Source of the DNA: an uncultured Gemmatimonadales bacterium
Lineage (GTDB): Bacteria; Gemmatimonadota; Gemmatimonadetes; Gemmatimonadales; Gemmatimonadaceae
NCBI GenBank assembly: GCA_963707505.1
Contig: CAVPQB010000001.1
Location: forward strand, 1 to 64,000
Direction: 5' to 3'
Length of the DNA stretch: 64,000 nt
Positions 29,405 through 39,558 of this stretch are shown here, one piece after another (positions within the stretch are counted from its first letter, which is position 1; every line of letters begins with the position of its first letter). The notes under the pieces were generated by a model that made no database searches, was not told where the DNA came from, and worked only from the letters and a program-made list of their open reading frames with translations. Both the position numbers and the translations under genes were made by a program.

Positions 29405-29977
29405 ATGCGCATACTGAAAGCCGAGGAATACCGTCGTATGCCGTGGCGCAACGGTCGCGGCGAAACCGCAGAAATCGCTATCGGTCCGACAGGCGCCACA
29501 CTTGACGATTTCGACTGGCGCGTCAGCATGGCGCGCCTCGAAGTCGATGGACCATTCTCCATTTTTTCGCAAACCGATCGGACGCTCGCCGTGCTGCGTG
29601 GCGACGGTCTGCGTCTCTCCATTGCCGACAGTGCGCCACTCGATCTCACGAGCGATTCGGAGCCGATAGCATTTCCCGGCGATGTTGCGGTGGGTGCAAC
29701 TCTGCTGGGCGGCACTGTCACCGATCTGAATGTGATGACCCGTCGCGGGCGCACGAAACATTCCATGCGCCGACTACGCATCGCTGGGAGTGTCGAGCTC
29801 GCACCGGAGGCACCACTGGCGCTGCTGATTTGCGCAGAGGGTTCGCTGCAGGTCGAGGTGAACGCGCAGACGGGCACGCTCACGGCGCTGGACGCTCTTC
29901 TCGTGGGAGAGGCGCGCGACACGGTCAGGATCTCGAGCGACGCGTCGATGCTGGCATATCTGATCGAGATCCATTAG
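29405..29977 (+). CDS. hutD: HutD/Ves family protein
   Basis: MPWRNGRGETAEI, FDWRVSMA, GPFSIF, DRTL, DLNVMTRR. Confidence 0.88.
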   Translation: MRILKAEEYRRMPWRNGRGETAEIAIGPTGATLDDFDWRVSMARLEVDGPFSIFSQTDRTLAVLRGDGLRLSIADSAPLDLTSDSEPIAFPGDVAVGATLLGGTVTDLNVMTRRGRTKHSMRRLRIAGSVELAPEAPLALLICAEGSLQVEVNAQTGTLTALDALLVGEARDTVRISSDASMLAYLIEIH

Positions 29978-30087
29978 AGATACTCGATTACCACTAAGGC
30001 GCTCAATGAGTGAACGTGACGGGACGATCGTATTATTGATGCTACCGTCGACGCCACGAATGCAGACAACCCGGTGATCCCAGCCAC

Positions 30088-30867
30088 ATGAAAATCGCAA
30101 CTTTCAACGTGAACGGCGTGAACGGCCATCTGCCTTCACTGCTGCGCTGGCTCGGCGAGACCGAGCCCGACGTCGCCTGTCTACAGGAACTGAAAGCACC
30201 CGAAGAGAAATTCCCCATAGCGGCTATCAGAGACGCGGGATACGGCGCTATCTGGCACGGGCAGAAGAGCTGGAACGGCGTGGCGATTCTCACGCGAGGA
30301 ACGGAGCCGGTGGAAAGGCGACGCGGCCTGCCGGGCGATCCGGAAGACCTGCACAGCCGCTACATCGAAGCGATCGTCGATGGAGTGGTGATCGGATGCC
30401 TGTATCTGCCGAATGGCAATCCTGCTCCTGGACCAAAGCTCGAATACAAGCTCAGCTGGTTTGCGCGGTTGAGCCTGCATGCGAAAGAGTTGCTCAACAC
30501 TGCCGACGGGCCAGTCGTGCTCGCCGGCGACTACAACGTGATCCCGACGGATCTCGATGTGTACAACCCCGCACGCTGGCAGAGTGACGCGCTCTTTCTC
30601 CCTGAGGTGCGCGACGCATTTCATCGGCTCGTCGCACAGGGTTGGACCGACGCGCTGCGCACGCTGCATCCGGATGAAAAGATCTACACTTTCTGGGACT
30701 ATTTTCGGAATGCCTGGGGCCGAAACGCGGGACTGCGCATCGATCACCTGTTGCTCAATCCTTCAGCAGCCGCACGTTTGACAGGCGCCGGTGTCGACCG
30801 CGAAGTGCGCGGATGGGAAAAGCCGAGCGATCACGCTCCGACGTGGATAGAGCTGTCGAAGGGCTAG
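30088..30867 (+). CDS. xth: exodeoxyribonuclease III
   Basis: ATFNVNG, CLQELK, YLPNGN, GDYNV, GLRIDHLL, SDHAP. Confidence 0.95.
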   Translation: MKIATFNVNGVNGHLPSLLRWLGETEPDVACLQELKAPEEKFPIAAIRDAGYGAIWHGQKSWNGVAILTRGTEPVERRRGLPGDPEDLHSRYIEAIVDGVVIGCLYLPNGNPAPGPKLEYKLSWFARLSLHAKELLNTADGPVVLAGDYNVIPTDLDVYNPARWQSDALFLPEVRDAFHRLVAQGWTDALRTLHPDEKIYTFWDYFRNAWGRNAGLRIDHLLLNPSAAARLTGAGVDREVRGWEKPSDHAPTWIELSKG

Positions 30868-31094
30868 AATCCGGCCACGGCGCTGTCGTCGTCGAGACGG
30901 AAGATCGTGTCAATGGAAGTCTCGAGTGCGTGCGCAAGCTTGAGAGCGAGAAGCACGGACGGTACCATGCGTCCGGTTTCGATCGCGTTTACCGATCTGC
31001 GCGTCACGCCGGCGAGCGATGCAAGGTCGGCCTGGGTGAGATCGCGCATCGCACGCTGAACCTTGAGCGTGTTCCGCAATCGGTCACTGCTCAT
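30864..31094 (-). CDS. XRE-family HTH transcriptional regulator
   Basis: LTQADLASLAGVTRRSVNAIETGRMVPSVLLALKLA. Confidence 0.9.
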   Translation of the reverse strand: MSSDRLRNTLKVQRAMRDLTQADLASLAGVTRRSVNAIETGRMVPSVLLALKLAHALETSIDTIFRLDDDSAVAGF

Positions 31095-31569
31095 CCTGAC
31101 CCTGCCGGCTGAAGAAGAGAAACAACGCGAGGAACGTCGCCATGCCAAGCGTGAGCGTCGTCGTAGCCATCGCCATCACGGCACGTAGAGATGGGAGTGG
31201 CGCGACCAGCAGTCCGATCGGGATCTGCGCGATGAGAACAACGAAGAACGCCACACGGATCGCGCGGTCCATACTGGCTCGGCGCCATTCGTCCTGCAGC
31301 ACCGCCTGAACTTCCGGCGACCTGGGGTCCCAGCGATCGCCGCGCAGCGTCGCCCTCTGAAGCGTGACGACCCCGATCGCAATCGCAGTAGGCAAGAGAG
31401 CGACCAGTGACGTCATCCACCGCGGCGTGTCGCCGGGCCGAAGCGCCATCGTGAGGCAGACGCCGCCGACGACCACGGTAATGATGAGTAGGGCCACCAT
31501 GGTCCGGTGGCTGAAGCGAAGGTATCGCTCGGGGCGGGAGTCGAGTGATTCGGCCATGCGGGGCTCCAT
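31084..31569 (-). CDS. four-TM membrane protein (DUF2178-like), paired with the XRE regulator
   Basis: Four hydrophobic segments with DEWRR between TM2 and TM3; overlaps the XRE gene start. Confidence 0.75.
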   Translation of the reverse strand: MEPRMAESLDSRPERYLRFSHRTMVALLIITVVVGGVCLTMALRPGDTPRWMTSLVALLPTAIAIGVVTLQRATLRGDRWDPRSPEVQAVLQDEWRRASMDRAIRVAFFVVLIAQIPIGLLVAPLPSLRAVMAMATTTLTLGMATFLALFLFFSRQGQDEQ

Positions 31570-32010
31570 CGGGTAGGTTGGAATCGAAGATTGCCTGTGC
31601 TGCGAAGTAGATAAGTAACCGATCCTTCTCTTTTAGACAAGTATCAATCTCTTTTTGTATCGACCGAAAAGACAGCCCCGCGGCTGACTGGTCGAGTTCC
31701 AAATTGTGGGATTCGGGCGTGGCCGGCGGGAGGCACGACACCCGGTCCGCTTCAAGATGTCAGAGGCTCGATTAGACAGTCGCTCTGGACGCCCGTACGT
31801 TTACCGTGACCGACTCGGCATCGTGAATGCCTACGGTCGATACGAATGTTTGCTAGAGGTGGAGGCGCGCTCGTAAGCGCGCCTCCAAACGTTACTGGTC
31901 TGTACTTTTGTGACTCGTCGGTCCTCGATCGACGAACGCTACAACCAGCAGTAGCCGGTCGCCGAAGCGCAGGATGCTCGCTTCGGCGCAATCGCCGAAG
32001 CGAGCAAACA

Positions 32011-34413
32011 TTGACGGATCTCCGCGAACAACTTCAGGCCACACTTGGCGACTGCTACGCCATCGAGCGCGAGCTCGGTGGCGGCGGCATGTCGCGCGTC
32101 TTTGTCGCTCGCGACGTAACGCTCGGTCGCGACGTTGTGGTGAAAGTCATCGCTCCCGAAAACGCGCAGGGATTGAGCGCGGAGCGGTTCGCACGCGAAG
32201 TAAAGCTCGCGGCACGCCTCCAGCAGGCGAACATCGTGCCGGTGCTCGCAGCCGGCACCTCTGGCAATCTCCCTTATTACACGATGCCGTTCGTGCGCGG
32301 CGAGTCGTTGCGCGCGCGGCTGGCCAGTGGCACGGCGCTCGGCGTACCGGAAGCGGTGAGCATTCTCCGCGACGTCGCGCGCGCGCTCGCGTACGCGCAT
32401 GCAGAGCACGTGGTGCACCGCGACATCAAGCCCGAGAATATCCTGCTCTCCGGCGGCGCAGCGGTCGTCACGGATTTCGGAATCGCGAAAGCGATTGTTG
32501 CGTCGCGAACGCTGGATGCGGGTTCCACCACTGGAATCACAATGGCTGGCGTATCGCTCGGAACACCGGCATACATGGCGCCCGAGCAGGCACTCGGCGA
32601 TCCCGGAACCGACCAGCGCGCCGACATCTACGCCTGGGGTGTTGTCGCATGGGAATTGCTCGGCGGGACGCATCCATTCGCGGAACGAAAGACGATGCAG
32701 GCCTTGATCACCGCGCACGTTACCGAGAAGCCGCCGTCGCTCACCGAACGACGTCCTGAAGTACCCGAAGCACTTGCCGCGCTAGTGATGCGTTGTCTCG
32801 AAAAGAATCCTGAGAACAGACCGCAATCCGCGAGTGAGCTGCTTGCAGCGGTTGAATCGGTCAACACGTCGCGTGAGAGTGTCGCGGCACCAGTCGCTCC
32901 CCAGCGAAGGAACAGGGCGATTCCAATCGCCGCTGCGCTTGTTGCCGCAGTCGTGTCTGTGCTCGTCGTCCAGCACTTTCGTCACGCAACTGCAGCGGCG
33001 ACTGATAAATCGCTTGCTGTGTTGCCATTCACTGCGTCCGGCGGCGATACAGCGAATACATATCTCGCTGAAGGGATCGCCGACGAGGTCAACAACACAC
33101 TATCACAGATCCCGGGATTGCGAATCGCGGGGCGGAGCTCGGCCGCACGGTTTGCAAGGAGCAACGGCACGCCACAGGAAGCCGGCGCAGCTCTCAAGGT
33201 CGCTTCCGTGCTGGACGGCACGGTACGCCGCGAAGGTGACCAGATTCGCATCACCGCGGAGCTGTCGAGTGCGAGCGACGGCGCGGTCACGTGGCACGAC
33301 AGCTACACACGTGCGGCAAAAGATATCTTCGCTGTTCAGGATGAAATCGCTCGCGCTATCGCGGGACAATTGCAGGTCACGCTCGGCAATGCCGGCACGG
33401 CGTCGCTCGCTGCAAGCGGAACGCGCAATGCCACTGCGTACGATCTGTATCTGAAGGGGATGTACCTCTATCGCCGCCGTGGACCTGGAATAGCAGATGC
33501 GATTTCCACGCTCGACCAGGCGACGGCACAGGACTCCACATTTGCCCGTGCGTGGGCGGGCCTCTCCAACGCGCTCACCGTGTCGCCTTCCTATCTCGAC
33601 ACGCACGCGGGTGACGTTCTTCCTCGCGCGCGCCAGGCCGCGGAGCGTGCCATACGGCTGGATTCGGTGCTGCCGGACGGATATCTCGCGCTCGGATATG
33701 TCGACGCCGAACAGTTTCAATGGAAAGCCGCGGAATCCGAGCTGCGTCGAGCGATTGCGCTCGATCCCAACAACGCCGAAGCGCGATACAGGCTCGGCTA
33801 CACGTTCTTCAATCAGGGTCGTGTAGCGGATGCCATTCCGCAGTTCCGAAGCGCAGAAGCGAGAGATCCGCTTTACTTCCTGCCCGCGGTCTATCTAGGC
33901 TGGGCGCAGGTCCGCATGGGACAGATTCCCGAAGGTATTGCCGAGATACGGCGCGGCCTCGCGCTGGAGCCGCAGAGCATTACCGCGCTGTGCCTTCTCG
34001 CGCTGGCATACGATCGCGTCGGGTTGCCAGATTCCGCGCGGTTGTACGCGCACCGTATAGTCGAGACTTCATCGCAGCCCGCGCGCATCGGCGAGGCGGC
34101 ATATGTGCTCGCCCGGAACGGCGATCGGCGCGGCGCCGAGCAGCTGACGCGACAGTTGGAGGCGACACGGGAGAATGCATGGACGCGCTGGACCGGACTC
34201 GAGCTCGCGTACAACGGATTGGGCGACACAGTTCGGGCCCTTGCTGCACTGGACCACGCAGCTGCGGGCGACGGTGACGAGTGGCCGACGTTCGGCATCA
34301 CGTACGCTAAAGAGCTCACCCCGAGTCCGCACATCGCCGCGGTATTGCGCCGATACAATCTCGATCCGGCGAACCTCATGGCGCGGCCGGCCACGGCGCG
34401 TAGCGTGCGATGA
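32011..34413 (+). CDS. Ser/Thr kinase K1: kinase-TM-TolB_N-like-TPR
   Basis: [59 protein letters not shown]...GIADE; TPRs; TTG start inferred from paralog N-termini. Confidence 0.92.
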   Translation: MTDLREQLQATLGDCYAIERELGGGGMSRVFVARDVTLGRDVVVKVIAPENAQGLSAERFAREVKLAARLQQANIVPVLAAGTSGNLPYYTMPFVRGESLRARLASGTALGVPEAVSILRDVARALAYAHAEHVVHRDIKPENILLSGGAAVVTDFGIAKAIVASRTLDAGSTTGITMAGVSLGTPAYMAPEQALGDPGTDQRADIYAWGVVAWELLGGTHPFAERKTMQALITAHVTEKPPSLTERRPEVPEALAALVMRCLEKNPENRPQSASELLAAVESVNTSRESVAAPVAPQRRNRAIPIAAALVAAVVSVLVVQHFRHATAAATDKSLAVLPFTASGGDTANTYLAEGIADEVNNTLSQIPGLRIAGRSSAARFARSNGTPQEAGAALKVASVLDGTVRREGDQIRITAELSSASDGAVTWHDSYTRAAKDIFAVQDEIARAIAGQLQVTLGNAGTASLAASGTRNATAYDLYLKGMYLYRRRGPGIADAISTLDQATAQDSTFARAWAGLSNALTVSPSYLDTHAGDVLPRARQAAERAIRLDSVLPDGYLALGYVDAEQFQWKAAESELRRAIALDPNNAEARYRLGYTFFNQGRVADAIPQFRSAEARDPLYFLPAVYLGWAQVRMGQIPEGIAEIRRGLALEPQSITALCLLALAYDRVGLPDSARLYAHRIVETSSQPARIGEAAYVLARNGDRRGAEQLTRQLEATRENAWTRWTGLELAYNGLGDTVRALAALDHAAAGDGDEWPTFGITYAKELTPSPHIAAVLRRYNLDPANLMARPATARSVR

Positions 34414-36860
34414 CATCGTCATCGACAGATCTTCGCGACCGCCTGCAGCTCACGTTGGCTAATGCCTATACGATCGAGCGCGAGCTGGGCGGCGGAGGCA
34501 TGTCGCGCGTCTTTCGCGCACACGACGACACGCTCGGCCGCGATGTGGTGATCAAGGTGCTCACATCAGAGCTTGCCCAGGAGTTGTCAGCCGAGCGCTT
34601 CGAGCGCGAGGTGCGGGTTACCGCGCAGTTGCAGCATCCACACATTGTACCGGTGATCACTGCGGGAGTCACGGACGCGCGGCCGTACTACGTCATGCCG
34701 TTCGTGGCCGGCGAGTCGCTGCGCGCACGCCTTGCCGGCGGTACTCCGCTCGATCTTTCCGCATCGGTGAAGGTGCTCTCCGCTGTGGCGCAAGCTCTCG
34801 ATTACGCGCATCGCCGCGGAGTAATCCATCGCGACATCAAGCCGGAGAACATACTCCTCTCGGACGGCATCGCAGTGGTGACTGACTTCGGCATCGCGAA
34901 AGCCATCGACGCGGCGAAAACCGTTGCGCCGGGAAGCACGCTCACGCAGCTCGGCACGTCGATCGGCACGCCGGCGTACATGGCTCCCGAGCAGGCGGCG
35001 GGAGATCCTTCGACGGATCACCGCGCCGATATCTATGCGTGGGGCGTGGTGGCGTACGAGCTGTTGTCGGGGCACCATCCGTTCGCGAGCCGTACGTCGC
35101 CGCAGCAGTTGCTCGCAGCGCACATGTCGGAGATTCCCGCGCCGTTGCGCCGCGCAGCGCCGGGTGTGTCGCCCGCGCTGGCCACACTGGTCATGCAGTG
35201 CCTGGAGAAGGATCCGGCGCGGCGCCCCGATTCTGCGGCCGCGCTGGTCGACGTGATGAGCACACAGCGATCGCAGGGTGGGTTCGGCGGTATTACCGGC
35301 ATGCGTCGAGCGGTAGTAGCAAGTGCTGTGCTGCTCACGATTGCCGCGATTGGAGGAGTCGCGTGGCGCTGGCGCGAGAGTGTTGGCGGTGCGGCGCCAC
35401 CGCCGGGCGCGCACACGCTCGCGGTGCTTCCGTTCGCCAACCTTAGCGGTGACACCACGCAGCAGTACTTTGCCGACGGTCTGGCCGATGAGCTGACGAC
35501 CGCGCTTGGTCGGACGCCGGGGCTCCGCGTCGCCGCACGCAGCGCGGCCTTCGCACCCGCGCTACGCAGTCTCGATGCGATGGCGGCGGGCAGGCGTCTC
35601 GACGTGGCGACGGTACTCGAAGGCGCAGTACGCCGTTCCGGACCGCGCATTCGCCTTTCGGCGGAACTCGTCGGCGTACACGATGGCACGGTGCTGTGGA
35701 GCGACGAGTTCGAGCATGATGGGGGTGATGTCTTCGCGGCGCAGGACGATCTCACACATCGCGTGGCCGCCGCACTCCATGATCGCCTTGCCGTAGCGCG
35801 AGCGCGCGCTACCTCGTTCGATCGCGGTACGTCGGACGAGGTGGCGTATGACCTGTACCTGCAGGCACGTTATCTGTTCGCCCGTCGCGGCACGGCCAAT
35901 CTCCTGCACGCGGCAGCGCTGCTGGCCCAGGCGATCCATCGGGACAGCACGTTCGCACGCGCGATGGCAACACTTGCGATGGTACAGGTAGTGCTCCCCG
36001 AGTACACGCAGTTGTCAGCCGTCAGCGCGACCACTGACGGACAGCAGACTCGCGATACGATGATCACCGCCGGTCTGCGCAACGCGGCGCGGGCCATTGC
36101 ACGCGACTCCACACTCGCCGACGCATACGTCGCTCAGGGATACGGGCTTATCGCACGGTGGGATTGGGATGGGAGCGAAACAAGCTTCCGCCGGGCTCTC
36201 GCACTTGAACCCTTGAACCCGGAGGCGCACCACTGGCACGCTGACCTGCTGTACGCACGCGGTGACATCGACGGCGCGCTTAACGAGCAGCGACGCGCGC
36301 AGCAACTCGACCCAACGGCGGCTATCGTCGTCGCGGAGGTCGCGAATGAACTATACGATAAACACCTATACGCCGAGGCTATCGCTACCGGACATCGCGC
36401 AAGTGCAATGGATCCCCTCCTCGGATTCTCGTACCTCAACTACGCGCCGGCATTCATCCTCATGGGATATCCCGACTCGGCGATGGAGGCACTCGCGACA
36501 GCGCAGCGACTGGATGGTGGTGGACAGGACCAGCAGGGGGTCGCCATGCGAGCCGCTATACGCGCCGCCGCACTCACGCGTTTGAAGCGTAATGATGAGG
36601 CACGCCAGCAGGTCGCAATTGTCGAAGCCATGGTGAAGAGCGGGGGCTCTGCGTACACCGCAGCGTTGGCGCGGATGGGGATCGGCGACCACGAAGGGGC
36701 ACTTCGATGGTTGACACGCAGCATCGACGCACGCGAGGAGGCTCCCGCATCCTGGGGAGTGAGCTGCGACCCGATGTTCGATCCGCTCAAGTCCGATCCA
36801 CGCTTCGGTGTGCTCATGGCACGGATGAACGTACATGTCTGTCCGCCGGGGCCTGGCTGA
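34410..36860 (+). CDS. Ser/Thr kinase K2: kinase-TM-TolB_N-like-TPR
   Basis: Same kinase motifs; TM AVVASAVLLTIAAIGGVAW; TLAVLPFANLS...FADGLADEL; DPMFDPLKSDPRF; ATGA overlap with K1. Confidence 0.93.
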   Translation: MTSSSTDLRDRLQLTLANAYTIERELGGGGMSRVFRAHDDTLGRDVVIKVLTSELAQELSAERFEREVRVTAQLQHPHIVPVITAGVTDARPYYVMPFVAGESLRARLAGGTPLDLSASVKVLSAVAQALDYAHRRGVIHRDIKPENILLSDGIAVVTDFGIAKAIDAAKTVAPGSTLTQLGTSIGTPAYMAPEQAAGDPSTDHRADIYAWGVVAYELLSGHHPFASRTSPQQLLAAHMSEIPAPLRRAAPGVSPALATLVMQCLEKDPARRPDSAAALVDVMSTQRSQGGFGGITGMRRAVVASAVLLTIAAIGGVAWRWRESVGGAAPPPGAHTLAVLPFANLSGDTTQQYFADGLADELTTALGRTPGLRVAARSAAFAPALRSLDAMAAGRRLDVATVLEGAVRRSGPRIRLSAELVGVHDGTVLWSDEFEHDGGDVFAAQDDLTHRVAAALHDRLAVARARATSFDRGTSDEVAYDLYLQARYLFARRGTANLLHAAALLAQAIHRDSTFARAMATLAMVQVVLPEYTQLSAVSATTDGQQTRDTMITAGLRNAARAIARDSTLADAYVAQGYGLIARWDWDGSETSFRRALALEPLNPEAHHWHADLLYARGDIDGALNEQRRAQQLDPTAAIVVAEVANELYDKHLYAEAIATGHRASAMDPLLGFSYLNYAPAFILMGYPDSAMEALATAQRLDGGGQDQQGVAMRAAIRAAALTRLKRNDEARQQVAIVEAMVKSGGSAYTAALARMGIGDHEGALRWLTRSIDAREEAPASWGVSCDPMFDPLKSDPRFGVLMARMNVHVCPPGPG

Positions 36861-36882
36861 TCCGATGATGGAACCTGTGCAA

Positions 36883-39558
36883 ATGACCGAGTCTGCTGCG
36901 CGCCTTGCCGCGTCGCTGGCAGACCGCTATCGCATCGAGCGCGAGCTCGGTGCGGGTGGCATGGCAACTGTCTATCTCGCCGAAGATCTCAAGCATCACC
37001 GTAGAGTCGCGATAAAGGTGCTGCACGCAGAGCTCTCGGCTATCCTGGGCCCGGAACGCTTCCTGAAGGAGATCGAGCTCACCGCGAACCTTCAGCATCC
37101 GCACATCCTGCCGCTCTTCGACAGTGGAAGCGCTGATGGATTGCTGTACTACGTCATGCCGTACGTCGAAGGCGAGACGCTGCGCGGCCGACTGGATCGC
37201 GACCGGCAGCTCCCCGTCGACGACGCCGTTCGGATAGCGACCGAGGCCGCCGATGCACTCGACTACGCGCACGGCCGCGGCATCGTGCATCGCGACATCA
37301 AGCCGGAGAACATTCTTCTACAAAACGGCCACGCCCTCGTCGCCGATTTCGGCATCGCGCTCGCCGTCGAGCAGGCGGGCGGCAAGCGCATGACGCAGAC
37401 CGGCCTCTCACTTGGCACGCCGCAGTACATGAGCCCCGAACAGGCGATGGGCGAACGGGATATTGGTCCGCGCTCCGACATCTACTCGCTCGGCGCCGTG
37501 ACGTATGAGATGCTCGCCGGTGATCCTCCATTCACAGGCTCGACCGCGCAGGCGATCGTGGCGCAGGTGATCACGAGTGAGCCGCGCTCACTCACTGCGC
37601 AGCGCAAGAGTGTGCCGGCACATGTCAACGACGCCGTGCTCACAGCGCTGGAGAAACTTTCTGCAGACCGCTTTGAAACCGCAACACAGTTCGCGGCAGC
37701 GCTTGCGAACAAATCATTCACCACGACCACTGGATCGACACAGCGACGTGATCGAAGCGGCACGGATTGGCGCGCACGTGCACGCGACCCACTGGTGTTG
37801 GCACTCGGCGCGCTCGCAATAGCGTTGGCGATCGGGCTCGTCGCACTCTCGCGGCGCGCGACCACGAGTGATCCGTTCCCTCTGCGAGTCGAGTTGCCGC
37901 TCCCGCCGGGCGGAGCGCCATCGGGATCACCAGCACTTTCGCCGGATGGCCACACCATCGTCTATGCTGCCCAGACGCCATCGGGCCAGGGAGAGAGCCC
38001 ATTCATGGGTCGGACGACAAGTCTGTATCTGCGCAGGCTCGATCAACTCACTTCCCGCGCAATTCCCAACACGAACAACGCCGGACTTCCGGCCTTTTCG
38101 CCTGACGGGAAGTCGATTGCGGTGATCGTCAACCGTCGGAAGCTCATCCGGGTGCCGCTTGACGGAGGTCCTGAAGTCACACTCGCCGATGTTCCCGACG
38201 ATGGCGGCGTCGATTGGTCGTCCGGCGGAGACATCGTGATCGGCGGCGGTGCATTCGAGGAGCTCAGAGGACTCTATCATGTGAACGCCAGCGGCGGAAC
38301 GCTGTCACCGCTCACGCATGTGAACGCAAAGCGCAAGGAGCACAGTCACGAATATCCGCGCGTGCTCGCCGATGGCAATACCGTCGTGTTCACGATCTGG
38401 TACGGCACCGTCGATCGCGCCGAGCTCGCGGTGACGTCGCTCGACGACGGAAGCAAGGTGTCACCGCTCGGTATTCTCGCGGCAAGGGCACTCGGAGTGG
38501 TCAATGGTCAGCTGGTGTACGTGCGCGCCGACGGTACCGTCATGGCGGTCCCGTTCGACGTCCGACGTCGGTACGTCTCCGGCACCCCCGTGCAGGTACT
38601 CGATTCCGTACGGATGATCGGCGCCGAAACCGGATACGCGGCAGCATATCTCACTCAATCCGGCGGACTCGTGTACGCTTCCGGAACGCTGAACCGCCGC
38701 CTTGTTTGGGCGGATCGGAACGGTGCGACTCACGACGCATTCAGCGAGCCGCGCGAGTTTCAGTTCGTGCGCTTATCGCCCGATGGGCAACGCGCTGCAC
38801 TTGGCATCGGCACCGGAACCGGCAACAACCTTTGGATTCTGGATTTTGCGGCCGGAACCCTCACACCCTTGACCACAGCCGGCCGAAGCCGTAACCCGAG
38901 CTGGTCGTCCGATAGCCGGAGAATTCTGTTTGCCTCCAATCACTCCGGACAGGCTGCATTATGGTGGCAACCTGCAGATGGCAGTGGACCTGCCGTGATG
39001 GTTGGAGTGCCGCGTCACAATCCATGGTTCGTCGATCTCTCGCCTGACGGACGCACTACGGTATTCAACGCGATTTACGACGGCACCTTCAATCTTGAGA
39101 CGTTCTCGCTGGACGCGGGGCACGCCGAGCGTGACGTGTCTGCATCGGCGATCGCAACAGAGGTGTTTGGCAGGTTCTCCCCAGACGGACATTCCATCGC
39201 GTACAACTCCGACGAATCCGGCCGTCCCGAAGTTTACGTGCGGTCGTTTCCCGATGTGGGCAGCAGAATTCAGATTTCCACCGGCGGCGGCCGTCGTCCA
39301 GTCTGGGCCTCGGATGGAAAGACCCTGTACTACTGGGAAGGCAACAGATTGACATCCGCAACGCTGGCGAGGGATCCGGCACTGCGAGTGGTCTCGCGAC
39401 AGTCGCTGTTCGATGGACGCTACGAGACGGACTACGACATCTCACACGATGGAATGCGCTTTCTGATGATCCAAACCGAAACGTCCGGCCTCAACCTGGT
39501 GGTTGTTCCCAACTGGCAGACGGAACTGCATCAGTTGACGGCAAGGAGGAAGCAATAG
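36883..39558 (+). CDS. Ser/Thr kinase K3: kinase-TM-PD40/TolB beta-propeller
   Basis: [42 protein letters not shown]; many SPDG repeats; alternative start 36865. Confidence 0.93.
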   Translation: MTESAARLAASLADRYRIERELGAGGMATVYLAEDLKHHRRVAIKVLHAELSAILGPERFLKEIELTANLQHPHILPLFDSGSADGLLYYVMPYVEGETLRGRLDRDRQLPVDDAVRIATEAADALDYAHGRGIVHRDIKPENILLQNGHALVADFGIALAVEQAGGKRMTQTGLSLGTPQYMSPEQAMGERDIGPRSDIYSLGAVTYEMLAGDPPFTGSTAQAIVAQVITSEPRSLTAQRKSVPAHVNDAVLTALEKLSADRFETATQFAAALANKSFTTTTGSTQRRDRSGTDWRARARDPLVLALGALAIALAIGLVALSRRATTSDPFPLRVELPLPPGGAPSGSPALSPDGHTIVYAAQTPSGQGESPFMGRTTSLYLRRLDQLTSRAIPNTNNAGLPAFSPDGKSIAVIVNRRKLIRVPLDGGPEVTLADVPDDGGVDWSSGGDIVIGGGAFEELRGLYHVNASGGTLSPLTHVNAKRKEHSHEYPRVLADGNTVVFTIWYGTVDRAELAVTSLDDGSKVSPLGILAARALGVVNGQLVYVRADGTVMAVPFDVRRRYVSGTPVQVLDSVRMIGAETGYAAAYLTQSGGLVYASGTLNRRLVWADRNGATHDAFSEPREFQFVRLSPDGQRAALGIGTGTGNNLWILDFAAGTLTPLTTAGRSRNPSWSSDSRRILFASNHSGQAALWWQPADGSGPAVMVGVPRHNPWFVDLSPDGRTTVFNAIYDGTFNLETFSLDAGHAERDVSASAIATEVFGRFSPDGHSIAYNSDESGRPEVYVRSFPDVGSRIQISTGGGRRPVWASDGKTLYYWEGNRLTSATLARDPALRVVSRQSLFDGRYETDYDISHDGMRFLMIQTETSGLNLVVVPNWQTELHQLTARRKQ

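Noticed and set aside
29405..29977. Histidine utilisation operon
   Set aside because: hutD is alone; no hutH/U/I/G nearby
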